Source: an uncultured Actinomycetes bacterium
GTDB lineage: Bacteria; Actinomycetota; Thermoleophilia; Gaiellales; Gaiellaceae
Length of the DNA: 64,000 nucleotides
Assembly: GCA_963734285.1 (NCBI GenBank)
Contig: CAVTGM010000009.1
Coordinates: 8,663 to 72,662, forward strand
Direction of reading: 5' to 3'
The notes beneath the pieces were generated by a model. That model saw nothing but the letters and a program-made list of their open reading frames with translations, did not search any database and had not been told where the DNA came from. The position numbers and the translations under genes were made by a program. Position 1 is the stretch's first letter, and every line of letters begins with the position of its first letter. Shown piece after piece: positions 19,177 through 27,963 of this stretch.

Positions 19177-19761
19177 CTAGCCGAAGACCGCGAGGTAGAA
19201 CGAATGGTCGGCCAATGCGGTATTGGCGCCGTTGTACGTCTGGACGATCACATGGCTCGTGTCGTTGCCGGTCGTACACGCCTCGCCGGTGGCCGTTCCG
19301 CCGCACGGCCCAGCGATGACGCCACCACGGGCCGCGTTGTCGTTGGCGACGCCAGGGCTCGCCAGGATGAGCTTCGAGTCAACCGCGGACCCGAAGTCGA
19401 TGATGTACGTGCCGGTCGTGTGCGTCGTGATGGAGATCCCGCCCGACTGGGCCGCGATCGACCCGTTCGGGTTCACGAGGATCCACTTCGACGCGGCCGC
19501 GGAGCCCGCCGGTCCTGCCGGCCCAGCCGGGCCTGCTGGACCTGCCGCCCCTGCGGGGCCTGCGGGGCCGATCGGCCCGCGCGGGATCTGTCCGCGCGCG
19601 AAGTCCTTCGCCAGGAGGGAGTGGTCCCTCACCTGCACCGTCGTGACGCTGTTGCGGGGAAGCGCCGTTGCGGCGTAGCTCACCCCGCCGAGCGCGAGGA
19701 ACAGCGCAATGCTCGCAAGCACCGTTCCCGGCGTGATCCGGATGTTCCGTATGTGTCTCAT
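19177..19761 (-). CDS. Secreted/anchored protein with a short collagen-like Gly-X-Y stalk and a C-terminal globular domain
   Basis: N-terminal TM/signal TVLASIALFLALGGVSYA, then nine consecutive G-X-Y triplets GPIGPAGPAGAAGPAGPAGPAGPAGSA, then a 106-aa Gly/Thr-rich domain. Confidence 0.7.
   Translation of the reverse strand: MRHIRNIRITPGTVLASIALFLALGGVSYAATALPRNSVTTVQVRDHSLLAKDFARGQIPRGPIGPAGPAGAAGPAGPAGPAGPAGSAAASKWILVNPNGSIAAQSGGISITTHTTGTYIIDFGSAVDSKLILASPGVANDNAARGGVIAGPCGGTATGEACTTGNDTSHVIVQTYNGANTALADHSFYLAVFG
19498..19578 (-). repeat. Coding 9-nt/3-codon microrepeat (GGN-CCN-GCN)x9 encoding the collagen-like segment
   Basis: The plus strand reads ...gccggtcctgccggcccagccgggcctgctggacctgccgcccctgcggggcctgcggggccgatcggcccgcgcggg. 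Confidence 0.7.
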
Positions 19762-19815
19762 AATCCCGGGATACCCGGGTCGCGGCTCTCGCGAAACGGG
19801 CGTACTCTTTGCGGC

Positions 19816-20445
19816 ATGCCTGTCGCCCTGGCCGTGTTGGCAGCCGTCGTCGCGGTTTCCCAGCCGAACCTCGCGAAGGTCGTCCTCAAGCCGAGCGCCG
19901 TCGGGAGCGGCTTCGTTCAGCTTCAGCGCGCCGACGGCAAGGGGACGGCACAGCGCACGCTCGATCTATGCGGCACGAAGAACTATCCGAGCGAGTCCCT
20001 CCGCAGCGACCGGCTCCAGGTCGACTACCTGAAGCAGAACAGCCCGCTCGGATTGTCCAACGAGGTCGTCACGTACAACGGCAGCGGAGCAGCGAACGCG
20101 CTGCGGGAGGTCGAGCAGCACGCGAAGACATGTCCGAAGACGCCGATCGCGTTCGAGGGTCAGCCGCCGCTCGTGTACCACTTCACGCACCTCACGGACG
20201 CCAAGCTTCTGCACGGCTACATCGCGCTCCGAATCGACATCAGCGGGAAGATCAAGGGCAAGGCCGTGAAGGCCGTGCGGTTCGCCGTGTACCAGCGCTT
20301 CGGCAACGTGCTCTCGGGCGTCTACAGCTACGCACTCGCGCCCGGCGTCTCGAGTGCGGCGCAGCAGGCGTTCGTGCTCCACGCGGCCGAGATGAGCGCG
20401 AAGGCCCTGCGCGGCCAGTCCGCGGCCGGCGGTCTCCCTGCGTGA
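19816..20445 (+). CDS. Hypothetical secreted protein
   Basis: ATG 19816 gives MPVALAVLAAVVAVSQP, signal-like; 209 aa. It is the in-frame tail of the spurious long ORF 17845..20445 and is followed by a strong terminator. Confidence 0.6.
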   Translation: MPVALAVLAAVVAVSQPNLAKVVLKPSAVGSGFVQLQRADGKGTAQRTLDLCGTKNYPSESLRSDRLQVDYLKQNSPLGLSNEVVTYNGSGAANALREVEQHAKTCPKTPIAFEGQPPLVYHFTHLTDAKLLHGYIALRIDISGKIKGKAVKAVRFAVYQRFGNVLSGVYSYALAPGVSSAAQQAFVLHAAEMSAKALRGQSAAGGLPA

Positions 20446-20512
20446 CTTAACCGAGGCTTAACGCCCTACAGCCGTACCGGAGCCTTCGGGTTGGTACACA
20501 GAGAAGCACGAG

Positions 20513-20553
20513 ACGGGGCCCCGACCGCCTGCCCGGGGCCCCGACTCTCTTTT
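20513..20553 (+). terminator. Intrinsic terminator
   Basis: CGGGGCCCCG-N10-CGGGGCCCCG forms a 10-bp GC stem followed by ACTCTCTTTTT. Confidence 0.6.
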
Positions 20554-20593
20554 TGCGGGCGGCCGCTTTCGGGCTTCGCGCTACCTTTCCGCC

Positions 20594-20959
20594 GTGGAGC
20601 GGGAGGAGATGCGGCATGGCCGCATTCAGATGGTTGACGAGATCGCGCCGCTCGAGGACGAAGAGCTCTGGACCGGCGAGGAGGACGGCGATCACTCCGG
20701 CTGGTACTGCGTGAGCACGGATCCGTTTCCGTGCCCTGCGCCCGACTGCAGCTTCGTCGCCAAGTTCATGACCGCTGCGCATCTCGTGCTCGTATGGCAA
20801 GAGCGCGACGATCCGAACCTCCTTCGCCACGCCGGCCGCGCCAAGGAAGTCGGACGCAACCCGCGCGTCGTCACGTACGAGCAGTCGTTCGGCCCGAGCG
20901 CGTCGTACTACGCATGGGAAGCCGCGGGGCGTCCGGTGCACGGGATCCGCGGCAAGTAG
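20594..20959 (+). CDS. Hypothetical protein (121 aa, Cys-containing)
   Basis: GTG start; no recognised motif. It sits directly upstream of the carboxylate-amine ligase gene (4-nt gap). Confidence 0.45.
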   Translation: MEREEMRHGRIQMVDEIAPLEDEELWTGEEDGDHSGWYCVSTDPFPCPAPDCSFVAKFMTAAHLVLVWQERDDPNLLRHAGRAKEVGRNPRVVTYEQSFGPSASYYAWEAAGRPVHGIRGK

Positions 20960-20963
20960 CCGC

Positions 20964-21965
20964 GTGCTCGAGTCGCACTTCGGTGAGTCGGCGCGTTTGA
21001 GCGTCGGCATCGAAGAGGAGCTGATGATCCTCGACGCCGAGACGCTGCAGCCTGCCGCCGCGGTCGACTATTTCCTCGGCACGCCCGGGTTCAAGACCGA
21101 GTTGCACGCGTCCGTCGTCGAGTTGAATACCGGCGTCAGTCCCGACGTCGAGAGCGCGGTCGACGAGCTGCGCGCGTTGCGCGCGGCGGCCGCCAAGATC
21201 GCGGCGGCGAATGGGCTCGCAGTCGCGGCAGCGGGAGCGCATCCAACGGCGCCGTTCGACTCGCTGCCCGTCGTGCAGGAGGAGCGCTATCTCACGATGC
21301 TGCGCGACGTCGGCTACTCCGCGCGCCGCCAGGGCGTGAACGGGCTGCACGTGCACGTCGGCCTAGAGAGCGGCGATGCATGTTACGAGCGTCTCGAAGC
21401 GGTCCTGCCGTGGCTGCCCGTCGCGCTCGCGTTGTCCGCGAACTCACCGTTCATCGACGGCGTCGCGACCGGCATGCAGTCGAACCGTGCGCTCGTGCTC
21501 GCCGAGCTGCCGCGCGCGGGTGCGCCTCCCGCGTTCGGCTCCTACGCTGCCTGGGAGTCATGGGTCGAGAGGCTCGTCGCGCTCGGCGTGATCGAGGACC
21601 ACACGCGCATCTGGTGGGACGTGCGGCCGCATCCGGCCTTGGGCACGGTTGAGATTCGCATCGCCGACCAGCCGACCGCGCTCGAACGCGCGGCGTTGCT
21701 CGCCGGCCTCATCGTCGGCCTCGTCGCGAGTGCGCCGAAGCGCGAGCCGACCCCGCGCGGCGACTACGCGCAGAATCGCTGGTCAGCTGCGCGGTACGGG
21801 CTCGACGCGCAGCTCATCCACCCCGACGGCGACCGCCTCGTCGTCGCCCGAGAGCTCGCCGCTGAGCTGCTCGGCGCGGATCCGCCCGAGCCGGAAGCGG
21901 GCGAGCAGCTCCGCGTCGGCGCCGATGGCGCTGCGGCGTATCTCGTACGCCGAACGCTAGTGTGA
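20964..21965 (+). CDS. Carboxylate-amine ligase, YbdK / glutamate-cysteine ligase family 2
   Basis: VGIEEELMILD, ELHASVVELNT, GLHVHVG, SANSPF, WWDVRPHPALGTVEIRIAD: GCS2 family signature. Confidence 0.85.
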   Translation: MLESHFGESARLSVGIEEELMILDAETLQPAAAVDYFLGTPGFKTELHASVVELNTGVSPDVESAVDELRALRAAAAKIAAANGLAVAAAGAHPTAPFDSLPVVQEERYLTMLRDVGYSARRQGVNGLHVHVGLESGDACYERLEAVLPWLPVALALSANSPFIDGVATGMQSNRALVLAELPRAGAPPAFGSYAAWESWVERLVALGVIEDHTRIWWDVRPHPALGTVEIRIADQPTALERAALLAGLIVGLVASAPKREPTPRGDYAQNRWSAARYGLDAQLIHPDGDRLVVARELAAELLGADPPEPEAGEQLRVGADGAAAYLVRRTLV

Positions 21966-21969
21966 CGAG

Positions 21970-22179
21970 GTGGCAACGCAGACCGAAACGCTGCAGGTGA
22001 CGGGGATACGCTGCGAGCGCTGCGTCGCGCGTCTCGCGGCGGCGCTCACCGGTCACTCGGGCCTCGAGGCAGCGAACGCGAACCTCATGGGCCAGGTCAC
22101 GCTCTCCTGGGACGACGCGCAGACGAGCAAGGAAGCGCTTCTCTCCGCACTCGGAAAAGCCGGCTTCCGGGAATCCTGA
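21970..22179 (+). CDS. Heavy-metal-associated (HMA) domain protein, CopZ-like
   Basis: 69 aa with LQVTGIRCERCVARL, a GMxCxxC-type metal-binding loop. Confidence 0.65.
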   Translation: MATQTETLQVTGIRCERCVARLAAALTGHSGLEAANANLMGQVTLSWDDAQTSKEALLSALGKAGFRES

Positions 22180-22204
22180 GCACGTCTCTGACGTTCAGGC
22201 TAGT

Positions 22205-22798
22205 GTGGCTTCCATGGCTGAGATGCAGCCTGATGCGACGCGCATAGCCGCGGACGCCCGCGACCGCATCCGGTTCGAGGAAGAGGCGCTCGCCCTCTCC
22301 GACCAGGTGTTCCGCGTCGCGCGGCATCTCGCAGGGTCGCGCGAGGAGGCCGAGGATCTCGTCCAGGAGACGTACGTCCGCGCGTTCAGGAGCTGGCGGT
22401 CGTACCAGCCCGGGACGAACCTGCGCGCCTGGCTCCTCCGCATCCTCACGAACCTGAACATCGACCGCGGCCGTCGCACACAGCGCACACCGCCGATGCA
22501 GGGGCTGGAGGCGAACGACTACTTCCTGTACGACCGGCTCTCCGAGTCCGACGGCGGTGCGAGCGACGAGGACAAGGTCGTCGAACGCCTCTCGCAGGAC
22601 GACATCGTCTCGGCTCTTTCCGCAGTACCGCATGACTTTCGTGACGTGATCGTGCTCGTCGACATCGGCGACTTCAGCTACCAGGACGCGGCGCAGATCC
22701 TCGACATCCCGATCGGGACGGTGATGTCGCGGCTCCACCGAGGACGCCGCATCCTGAAGCGTGAGTTGGCCGAAACTGTGTTGGAGGAGGGTTCATGA
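22205..22798 (+). CDS. ECF-type RNA polymerase sigma factor (SigR/SigH-like by context)
   Basis: Region 2 EDLVQETYVRAFRSW...LRAWLLRILTN and region 4 SYQDAAQILDIPIGTVMSRLHRGR. It overlaps the downstream anti-sigma gene by 4 nt. Confidence 0.85.
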   Translation: MASMAEMQPDATRIAADARDRIRFEEEALALSDQVFRVARHLAGSREEAEDLVQETYVRAFRSWRSYQPGTNLRAWLLRILTNLNIDRGRRTQRTPPMQGLEANDYFLYDRLSESDGGASDEDKVVERLSQDDIVSALSAVPHDFRDVIVLVDIGDFSYQDAAQILDIPIGTVMSRLHRGRRILKRELAETVLEEGS

Positions 22799-23037
22799 AG
22801 GGTCACCAAGACGACCCGTGCGCGCACTGCGAAGAGATGATGCAGCCGTACCTCGACCACACGCTCAGCGAGTCTGAGATGCGCGAGGCAGAGATGCATC
22901 TCGACGAGTGCGAATGGTGTCGGAAGCGTTACCGCTTCGAAGAAAGCCTGCGCGTGTACGTGCGCACGGCCGTGAGCGAGCCGATGCCGGCGGCGCTCAA
23001 GCTGAAGCTCGCATCGCTGCGAATACCGCTGAACTAG
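22795..23037 (+). CDS. Zinc-binding anti-sigma factor (ZAS, RsrA-like)
   Basis: 80 aa with CAHC near the N-terminus and the H-x3-C-x2-C motif HLDECEWC. Confidence 0.75.
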   Translation: MKGHQDDPCAHCEEMMQPYLDHTLSESEMREAEMHLDECEWCRKRYRFEESLRVYVRTAVSEPMPAALKLKLASLRIPLN

Positions 23038-23405
23038 TAGAGCAACTGCTTCGCGTTGCGCGGCATCGGCCGTTCGCCGCGGGCGAGCTGGCCTTCGACC
23101 TGCGCGAGCACTTGGCCCTTGCGGTCCTTCGAGATCTCCCAGCGCAGGCGAAGCTCGTATGGAGCCCAGCTGACCGCCTCGACGAAGAGTGTGTCCGAGT
23201 TGCGCGCACGGGCGGCCGCGACCGGCAGGTCGTAGAAGAAGCGGATGACCATGCGAGGGATGAGCGTGACGAGGAAGACGACGCTGTCGATGACCGCGCC
23301 CTGCCAGCTTGGTGCATCACCAACGGTCGTCTCCTGGACAGGCTTCCGGCGTCGCAGTTGCAGCGCATACGCGTAGATCTCCCACTCGCGCCCGTCCGGG
23401 GCCAT
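23034..23405 (-). CDS. Hypothetical protein (123 aa, one TM)
   Basis: Tail of ORF 23034..23816, starting MAPDGREWEIYAYAL. Hydrophobic segment AVIDSVVFLVTLIPRMVI. Confidence 0.45.
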   Translation of the reverse strand: MAPDGREWEIYAYALQLRRRKPVQETTVGDAPSWQGAVIDSVVFLVTLIPRMVIRFFYDLPVAAARARNSDTLFVEAVSWAPYELRLRWEISKDRKGQVLAQVEGQLARGERPMPRNAKQLLY

Positions 23406-23421
23406 CGTGCGCGCCGCCGGT

Positions 23422-23922
23422 CTAAGGCTGCTCATCGACGTCCCCGGGAGGCGTGAGGTCGTCGCACTCGACGAGGCGCGCGTCGAGCGAGCGTGCGCCA
23501 TCGTCGGGAACGAGTGACCATGCCGCACACGCAAGCAGGACGGGATGGAGGCGGACGCCGCCGTACGTGCATGCGTACACGTCGCCGCCGTCGTACCGCC
23601 ACGCGGCGACGACGCGGTCGATCGCGCGCGGATCGAGCGCGGGCCCGTCGGCAAGCACGACAACCGCTGCTTCCGCGTCGTCGGGCAGTGCGGCGAGCCC
23701 GCAGCGCAGGGATGCGCCGGGCCCGCGCTCCCAGTCCGGGCACGCGACGACGCGCGCGTCCGTCTCGAGAGCGTGTGCTCCGCTGACGACGACGACGTCG
23801 TCGACGACGCTCGCACGGAGCGCGGCGAGCACGCGCGGCAAGAGCTCCTGCTGCTTCGGCGGCGACGTGCCGTAGCGCGACGACGCGCCGGCGGCGAGGA
23901 CGACCGCGTGGATCAGCTGCAA
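23422..23922 (-). CDS. Nucleotidyltransferase family protein, MocA-like molybdenum cofactor cytidylyltransferase
   Basis: AVVLAAGASSRYG P-loop-like start and VVLADGP. It is adjacent to the molybdoenzyme operon. Confidence 0.65.
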   Translation of the reverse strand: MQLIHAVVLAAGASSRYGTSPPKQQELLPRVLAALRASVVDDVVVVSGAHALETDARVVACPDWERGPGASLRCGLAALPDDAEAAVVVLADGPALDPRAIDRVVAAWRYDGGDVYACTYGGVRLHPVLLACAAWSLVPDDGARSLDARLVECDDLTPPGDVDEQP

Positions 23923-24455
23923 CCCGCCAACGCGGCCCAGCGGGCCTCGACGTTGGCGACGTAGCGCATGCTGATCGGGCCGAGGACTTGGTGGTCGGAG
24001 TCGATCCTTGTGGGGCCCGCGTTATACGCGGCGAGCGCGAGATCCGTTCGGTTGTACCGGTCGAGAAGGAGCCGCAGGTAGCGCGCCCCGGCGAGCACGT
24101 TCGTCGCCGGATCGTTCACGTCGAGCTTGAGCGACGCGCCGGTCGCGGGCAGCACCTGGAGCAGGCCGCGCGCGTCCTTCACCGACACGGCGTTCGGAAC
24201 GAAGCGCGACTCGACCTGCGCGACCGCGACGAGCATCGAGAGCTGGAAGCCCGTGTCGTTCGCAGCGGTCGAGAACGCCGGGCGGAACTGCGACGGGATC
24301 GGGCACCGGTTCGAGGCGAGCCGGCCGGTGGTCGGCAGCGCCGGCAGATGTGGCACGAGCAACGTCGAGCCGCGGTCGCTGCGCGCGCCGGCAGCTACTG
24401 CGACCGAGCAGGCCGCCGCAGCCACACCGAGCAGGATGAAGAGCCTCGTCCGCAT
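23913..24455 (-). CDS. Lytic transglycosylase domain protein (SLT), secreted
   Basis: Signal peptide MRTRLFILLGVAAAACS; AVAQVESRF (catalytic Glu), GLLQV and AYNAGP motifs. Confidence 0.75.
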   Translation of the reverse strand: MRTRLFILLGVAAAACSVAVAAGARSDRGSTLLVPHLPALPTTGRLASNRCPIPSQFRPAFSTAANDTGFQLSMLVAVAQVESRFVPNAVSVKDARGLLQVLPATGASLKLDVNDPATNVLAGARYLRLLLDRYNRTDLALAAYNAGPTRIDSDHQVLGPISMRYVANVEARWAALAGCS

Positions 24456-24483
24456 AGTGGGTCGCGGACCTTATCGCAGGGAG

Positions 24484-25302
24484 CTAGAGCTGTGCGACGG
24501 CGCGCCCGATGAGCGCCCGGGCGACGTCCACTTTCCACGCCGTACGCGGGAGTGGGGTCGCCGACTCGAGATCCCCGGGCCCGGCCAGGAGCCAGGGAAT
24601 CGGGGCGACGCCGGCGAGCGCGATCCGCGTCCCGCCGCCGAGCCGGGCCGCTGCCACGCCGACCTGCGGGAAGGCCCAGCGCTTCCGGTCCATCGCCTTC
24701 AGGTACACGCTCGCCTCGACCGGAGGAAGCTCGAGCTCGAGGATGAGCTCGCCCGGCTCGAGCGTCGTCCCGCGGCGATCGGCCTCGTCCGGGAGCCGGT
24801 ACAGCTCGGCCAGGCCGAGCTCGCGGCGATTCGTGTGCACCCGCGCGTCGAGCGCAAGCAGGGCCGCCGCCACGTCGGAGGGATGCGCGGAGGCGCAGAA
24901 GTCGTTCGCGAAGATCGCGTGCTCGCGGTGCTCACCGTCCGCGGCGTGGCAGCGGTCGCCGCCGTGCAGCCGACACGGGACCTTGAGCCGCCAGTACCAG
25001 CAGCGCGTCGACTGGAGGAGGTTGCCGCCGATCGAGCCCATGTTCCGGAGTTGCGGCGACGCGGCCAGGCGGCACGCCTCGCGCAAGGCGACCGGTACGG
25101 CGTCGCTCGACTCGAGCGCCGCGAGCGTCGTTCCGGCACCGATGCGATTGCCATGGATACCCGTGGGGACGATGCCGCGCACGTCGACGAGCGTGTCCGC
25201 GTGCAGGATTCCGTCGCGCAGCAGCGGCACCACCTCCGTGCCGCCGTGGACGAAGAGCCCACCGTCGAGCTCGGCGAGGCTAGACGGCCGCAGGAGCTCC
25301 AC
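24484..25302 (-). CDS. Xanthine dehydrogenase/CO dehydrogenase family, FAD-binding subunit (CoxM-like)
   Basis: 272 aa with LFVHGGTEVVPLL and RNMGSIGGNL motifs. Confidence 0.85.
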   Translation of the reverse strand: MELLRPSSLAELDGGLFVHGGTEVVPLLRDGILHADTLVDVRGIVPTGIHGNRIGAGTTLAALESSDAVPVALREACRLAASPQLRNMGSIGGNLLQSTRCWYWRLKVPCRLHGGDRCHAADGEHREHAIFANDFCASAHPSDVAAALLALDARVHTNRRELGLAELYRLPDEADRRGTTLEPGELILELELPPVEASVYLKAMDRKRWAFPQVGVAAARLGGGTRIALAGVAPIPWLLAGPGDLESATPLPRTAWKVDVARALIGRAVAQL

Positions 25303-27535
25303 GCCGCTCCTTCTTCGCAGCTTCGCGCAGCGCGCGCAGCATCTCCTCGCGCGACACGGGCAGCTCGTGCACGTCGGCGCCGGTTGCGTCGCGGATCGCG
25401 TTCGCGATCGCCGCGGCGATCGGCACGATCGGCGGCTCGCCGAGGCCCTTCGAGCCGAGGTTCGTCAGGTGCTCGTCCGGCTTGTCGATGAACTCGCACA
25501 CGATCTCGGGAACGTCGGCGATCGTCGGCATCCGATACGCGTCCAGCGACGTCGTCAGGACGCGCCCGGTCTCCGCGTCGAGCAACCGCATCTCGGAGAG
25601 CGTGTGCCCGATCCCCTGGATGATTCCGCCCTCGACCTGGCTCTCGGCTCCGAGCGGGTTGATGATGCGGCCGACGTCGTGGATCGCGGCGACGCGCTCG
25701 ACGCGGACCTCGCCGGTCTCGACGTCCACCGCGGCCTCGACGACGTGCACGCCGAAGGTGAGCACGCTCATGCCCGTTGGGTTCGGGCCGCGTGCGCCCT
25801 TGCCGAGGATCTGTGCGCTGCCGAGCATGTGGAGGAACTCCTCGAGCGCGACGGAGAGATTCCCGTCGTGCGAGATGATGCGTCCGTCGCGGATGTCGAG
25901 CACACGCTCCTCGAGGTCGTAGCGCTGCGCGGCGATCTCGATGATCTGTCGCTTCGCGTCGGCGGCGGCGGCTCGCACGGCCGGGCCGACCGACGGCGTC
26001 GTCGACGAGCCGGCGGACAACGTCGCGTACGGACCGCGTGACGTGTCGCCGAGCGCGACGTCCACGCGATCGAGTGCGACGCCGAGCTCCTCGGCGGCGA
26101 TCTGCGCCATTGCCGTCCGCGTTCCCGTCCCGATGTCCTGCATCGCCGTGACGACGGCGATGCGTCCGTCGGAGCCGACACGCGTCCACGCGTACGACGG
26201 CGGTCCTCCGCCGCCGTACCAGATCTGGCTCGCCATTCCGACGCCGCGCTTCCACGTCGCGTCGGAGCGCGCCCGCACGTCGTGCCTGCGATCCCAGTGC
26301 TTCTGCGCGAGCGCGTAGCACTCGGCGAGATTCTTCGACGAGTACGGCGTGCCGTCGTTCGACGTCGCGTAGTTCTTGCGGCGCAGCTCCAGCGGATCCA
26401 TGTCGAGCTTGCCTGCGAGCTCGTCGATGATGCACTCGAGCCCGAAGGTGCCCTCGACGAAGCCGGGCGCGCGGAACGCCTTCATCGGCGGCGTGTTGAT
26501 CTTGGCCGTGTGCCGCGTCGTGCGAACGTTGTCGCACGCGTACAGCATCTTCATCGGGCCTTCCGTCGACGCCGACCATCCGCCCCAGCCGAGCGCGTTC
26601 ACATAGTCGCCGCCGAGTGCCGTGATGGTGCCGTCGCTCCGTGCGGCAACGGTGAGTCGCTGGATCGTTGCATTGCGATTGCCGGCCGCGACGTTCTCCT
26701 CGCGCCGCGTGAGCGCGCACCGCACCGGGCGCCCCGTCTTCTTCGCCAGCACCGCGGCGGCGAACGTGAACTCGCCGGCCGAGTTCTTCGAGCCAAAGCC
26801 TCCGCCCATGTACTCGCACACGACGCGCACGTCGTCGGCGGGAATGCCGAGCTCGCGCGCGACCTCGCTGCGCACGCCCCACACGTATTGCGTCGACGTG
26901 TAGACGTCGAGCCGGTCGCCGACCCACTCGCACACGGACTGGTGCGTCTCCATCGAGTTGTGGAGGACGACCTGCGTCCGATAGGTGCCCTCGACGACCA
27001 CGTCGGCCTCGGCGACCGCGCGGTCGAAATCTCCGCGCTCGTAGTGCTCCGCCTCACCGTGCACGAGGCCCCGCTCGACGGCTTCCTCCGGATCGAGGAC
27101 GGCCTCGAGCAGCTCCCACTCGACCGCGACCGCCTCGAGTGCAGCATGCGCCTGGCCGAAGGTCTCGGCGGCGATCGCAGCCACCGGCGCGCCCGCATAC
27201 CCGGCCTCTGTCTCGAGCCCGGGCGCCTCGCCGGGCCCGACCGCCGCCCGCACGCCCGGGAGCGCGAGCGCCGCACTGAAGTCGATGCTCTTCACGCGCG
27301 CGTGCGCGTGAGGAGAGCGGAGGATCGCCGCCTGGAGCATCCCGGGCAGCCGGATGTCGGCCGTGAAGCGCGCCTCGCCCCGCACCCGCTCGAGCGCCGT
27401 CTTGCGGATGGCCGGACGGCCGACGACGTCGCCGGGCCCCTCCGGCCACTGCTGCAGCGGATCCTCCTCGACGACGAGCCAGACCTCCTCGAAGTTCCCT
27501 TCGACTTCCTTCTCGGTCCGGATCAGTCGCGCCAA
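25280..27535 (-). CDS. Xanthine dehydrogenase/aldehyde oxidase family, molybdopterin-binding large subunit (CoxL-like)
   Basis: Real part of ORF 25280..27787 from about LIRTEKEVEG: GEARFTADIRLPGML, GGGFGSK, and the C-terminal GLGEPPIVPIAAAIANAI. The start (TTG 27535) is approximate. Confidence 0.9.
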   Translation of the reverse strand: MARLIRTEKEVEGNFEEVWLVVEEDPLQQWPEGPGDVVGRPAIRKTALERVRGEARFTADIRLPGMLQAAILRSPHAHARVKSIDFSAALALPGVRAAVGPGEAPGLETEAGYAGAPVAAIAAETFGQAHAALEAVAVEWELLEAVLDPEEAVERGLVHGEAEHYERGDFDRAVAEADVVVEGTYRTQVVLHNSMETHQSVCEWVGDRLDVYTSTQYVWGVRSEVARELGIPADDVRVVCEYMGGGFGSKNSAGEFTFAAAVLAKKTGRPVRCALTRREENVAAGNRNATIQRLTVAARSDGTITALGGDYVNALGWGGWSASTEGPMKMLYACDNVRTTRHTAKINTPPMKAFRAPGFVEGTFGLECIIDELAGKLDMDPLELRRKNYATSNDGTPYSSKNLAECYALAQKHWDRRHDVRARSDATWKRGVGMASQIWYGGGGPPSYAWTRVGSDGRIAVVTAMQDIGTGTRTAMAQIAAEELGVALDRVDVALGDTSRGPYATLSAGSSTTPSVGPAVRAAAADAKRQIIEIAAQRYDLEERVLDIRDGRIISHDGNLSVALEEFLHMLGSAQILGKGARGPNPTGMSVLTFGVHVVEAAVDVETGEVRVERVAAIHDVGRIINPLGAESQVEGGIIQGIGHTLSEMRLLDAETGRVLTTSLDAYRMPTIADVPEIVCEFIDKPDEHLTNLGSKGLGEPPIVPIAAAIANAIRDATGADVHELPVSREEMLRALREAAKKERRGAPAAV

Positions 27536-27963
27536 TGCAGAATCGCCTCCTCGATCTTGGGGTACGTGCCGCAGCGGCAGATATTCCCGGCCATCGCGTG
27601 GCGTATCTCGTCCGAGCTCGGCTCGGGGTTCCCGGCGACGAGCGCCGCTGCGGATACGACCTGGCCCGGCGTGCAGAAGCCGCACTGCACCGCGTCGGCG
27701 CGGACGAATGCGTCGACGAGCTGATGCTCGCGCAGCCCCTCGATCGTCGTCACGTCGCCGTTGACGGTGTGCGCGAGCGTGATGCACGAAAGCACCGGAG
27801 TGCCGTCAACCATGACCGTGCACGCGCCGCAGTGGCCTTCGTTGCACGCGATCTTCGTCCCGGTCAATCCGAGCCGCTCGCGCAGGACGTTTGCGAGGCT
27901 CGTTCCGATCGGCGCGTCAAGCGCGTGCTCGTCGCCGTTCACGACCAGCCGCAGTTCAGGCAT
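27523..27963 (-). CDS. (2Fe-2S)-binding small subunit (CoxS-like)
   Basis: CNEGHCGACTV, CGFCTPG and NICRCGTY cysteine clusters. Confidence 0.9.
   Translation of the reverse strand: MPELRLVVNGDEHALDAPIGTSLANVLRERLGLTGTKIACNEGHCGACTVMVDGTPVLSCITLAHTVNGDVTTIEGLREHQLVDAFVRADAVQCGFCTPGQVVSAAALVAGNPEPSSDEIRHAMAGNICRCGTYPKIEEAILHWRD

Noticed and set aside
19498-19578. The GGNCCNGCN tandem repeats as a CRISPR array, VNTR or non-coding satellite.
   Set aside because: The repeat is in frame within a well-formed ORF and encodes Gly-X-Y triplets. There is no spacer structure.
17845-20445. Very long ORFs antisense to or out of frame with real genes. Examples are 17845..20445(+), 30189..32249(-), 15949..17772(+), 40882..42906(+), 43051..44352(-) beyond its real segment, 56798..59350(-), and the N-terminal extensions of 1014..2714, 36520..38202 and 50333..52084.
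   Set aside because: Their translations are Arg/Ala/Gly/Pro-rich low-complexity strings with no motifs. They overlap genes with clear family signatures. This is the typical stop-codon-poor shadow-frame artefact of ~70% GC DNA.
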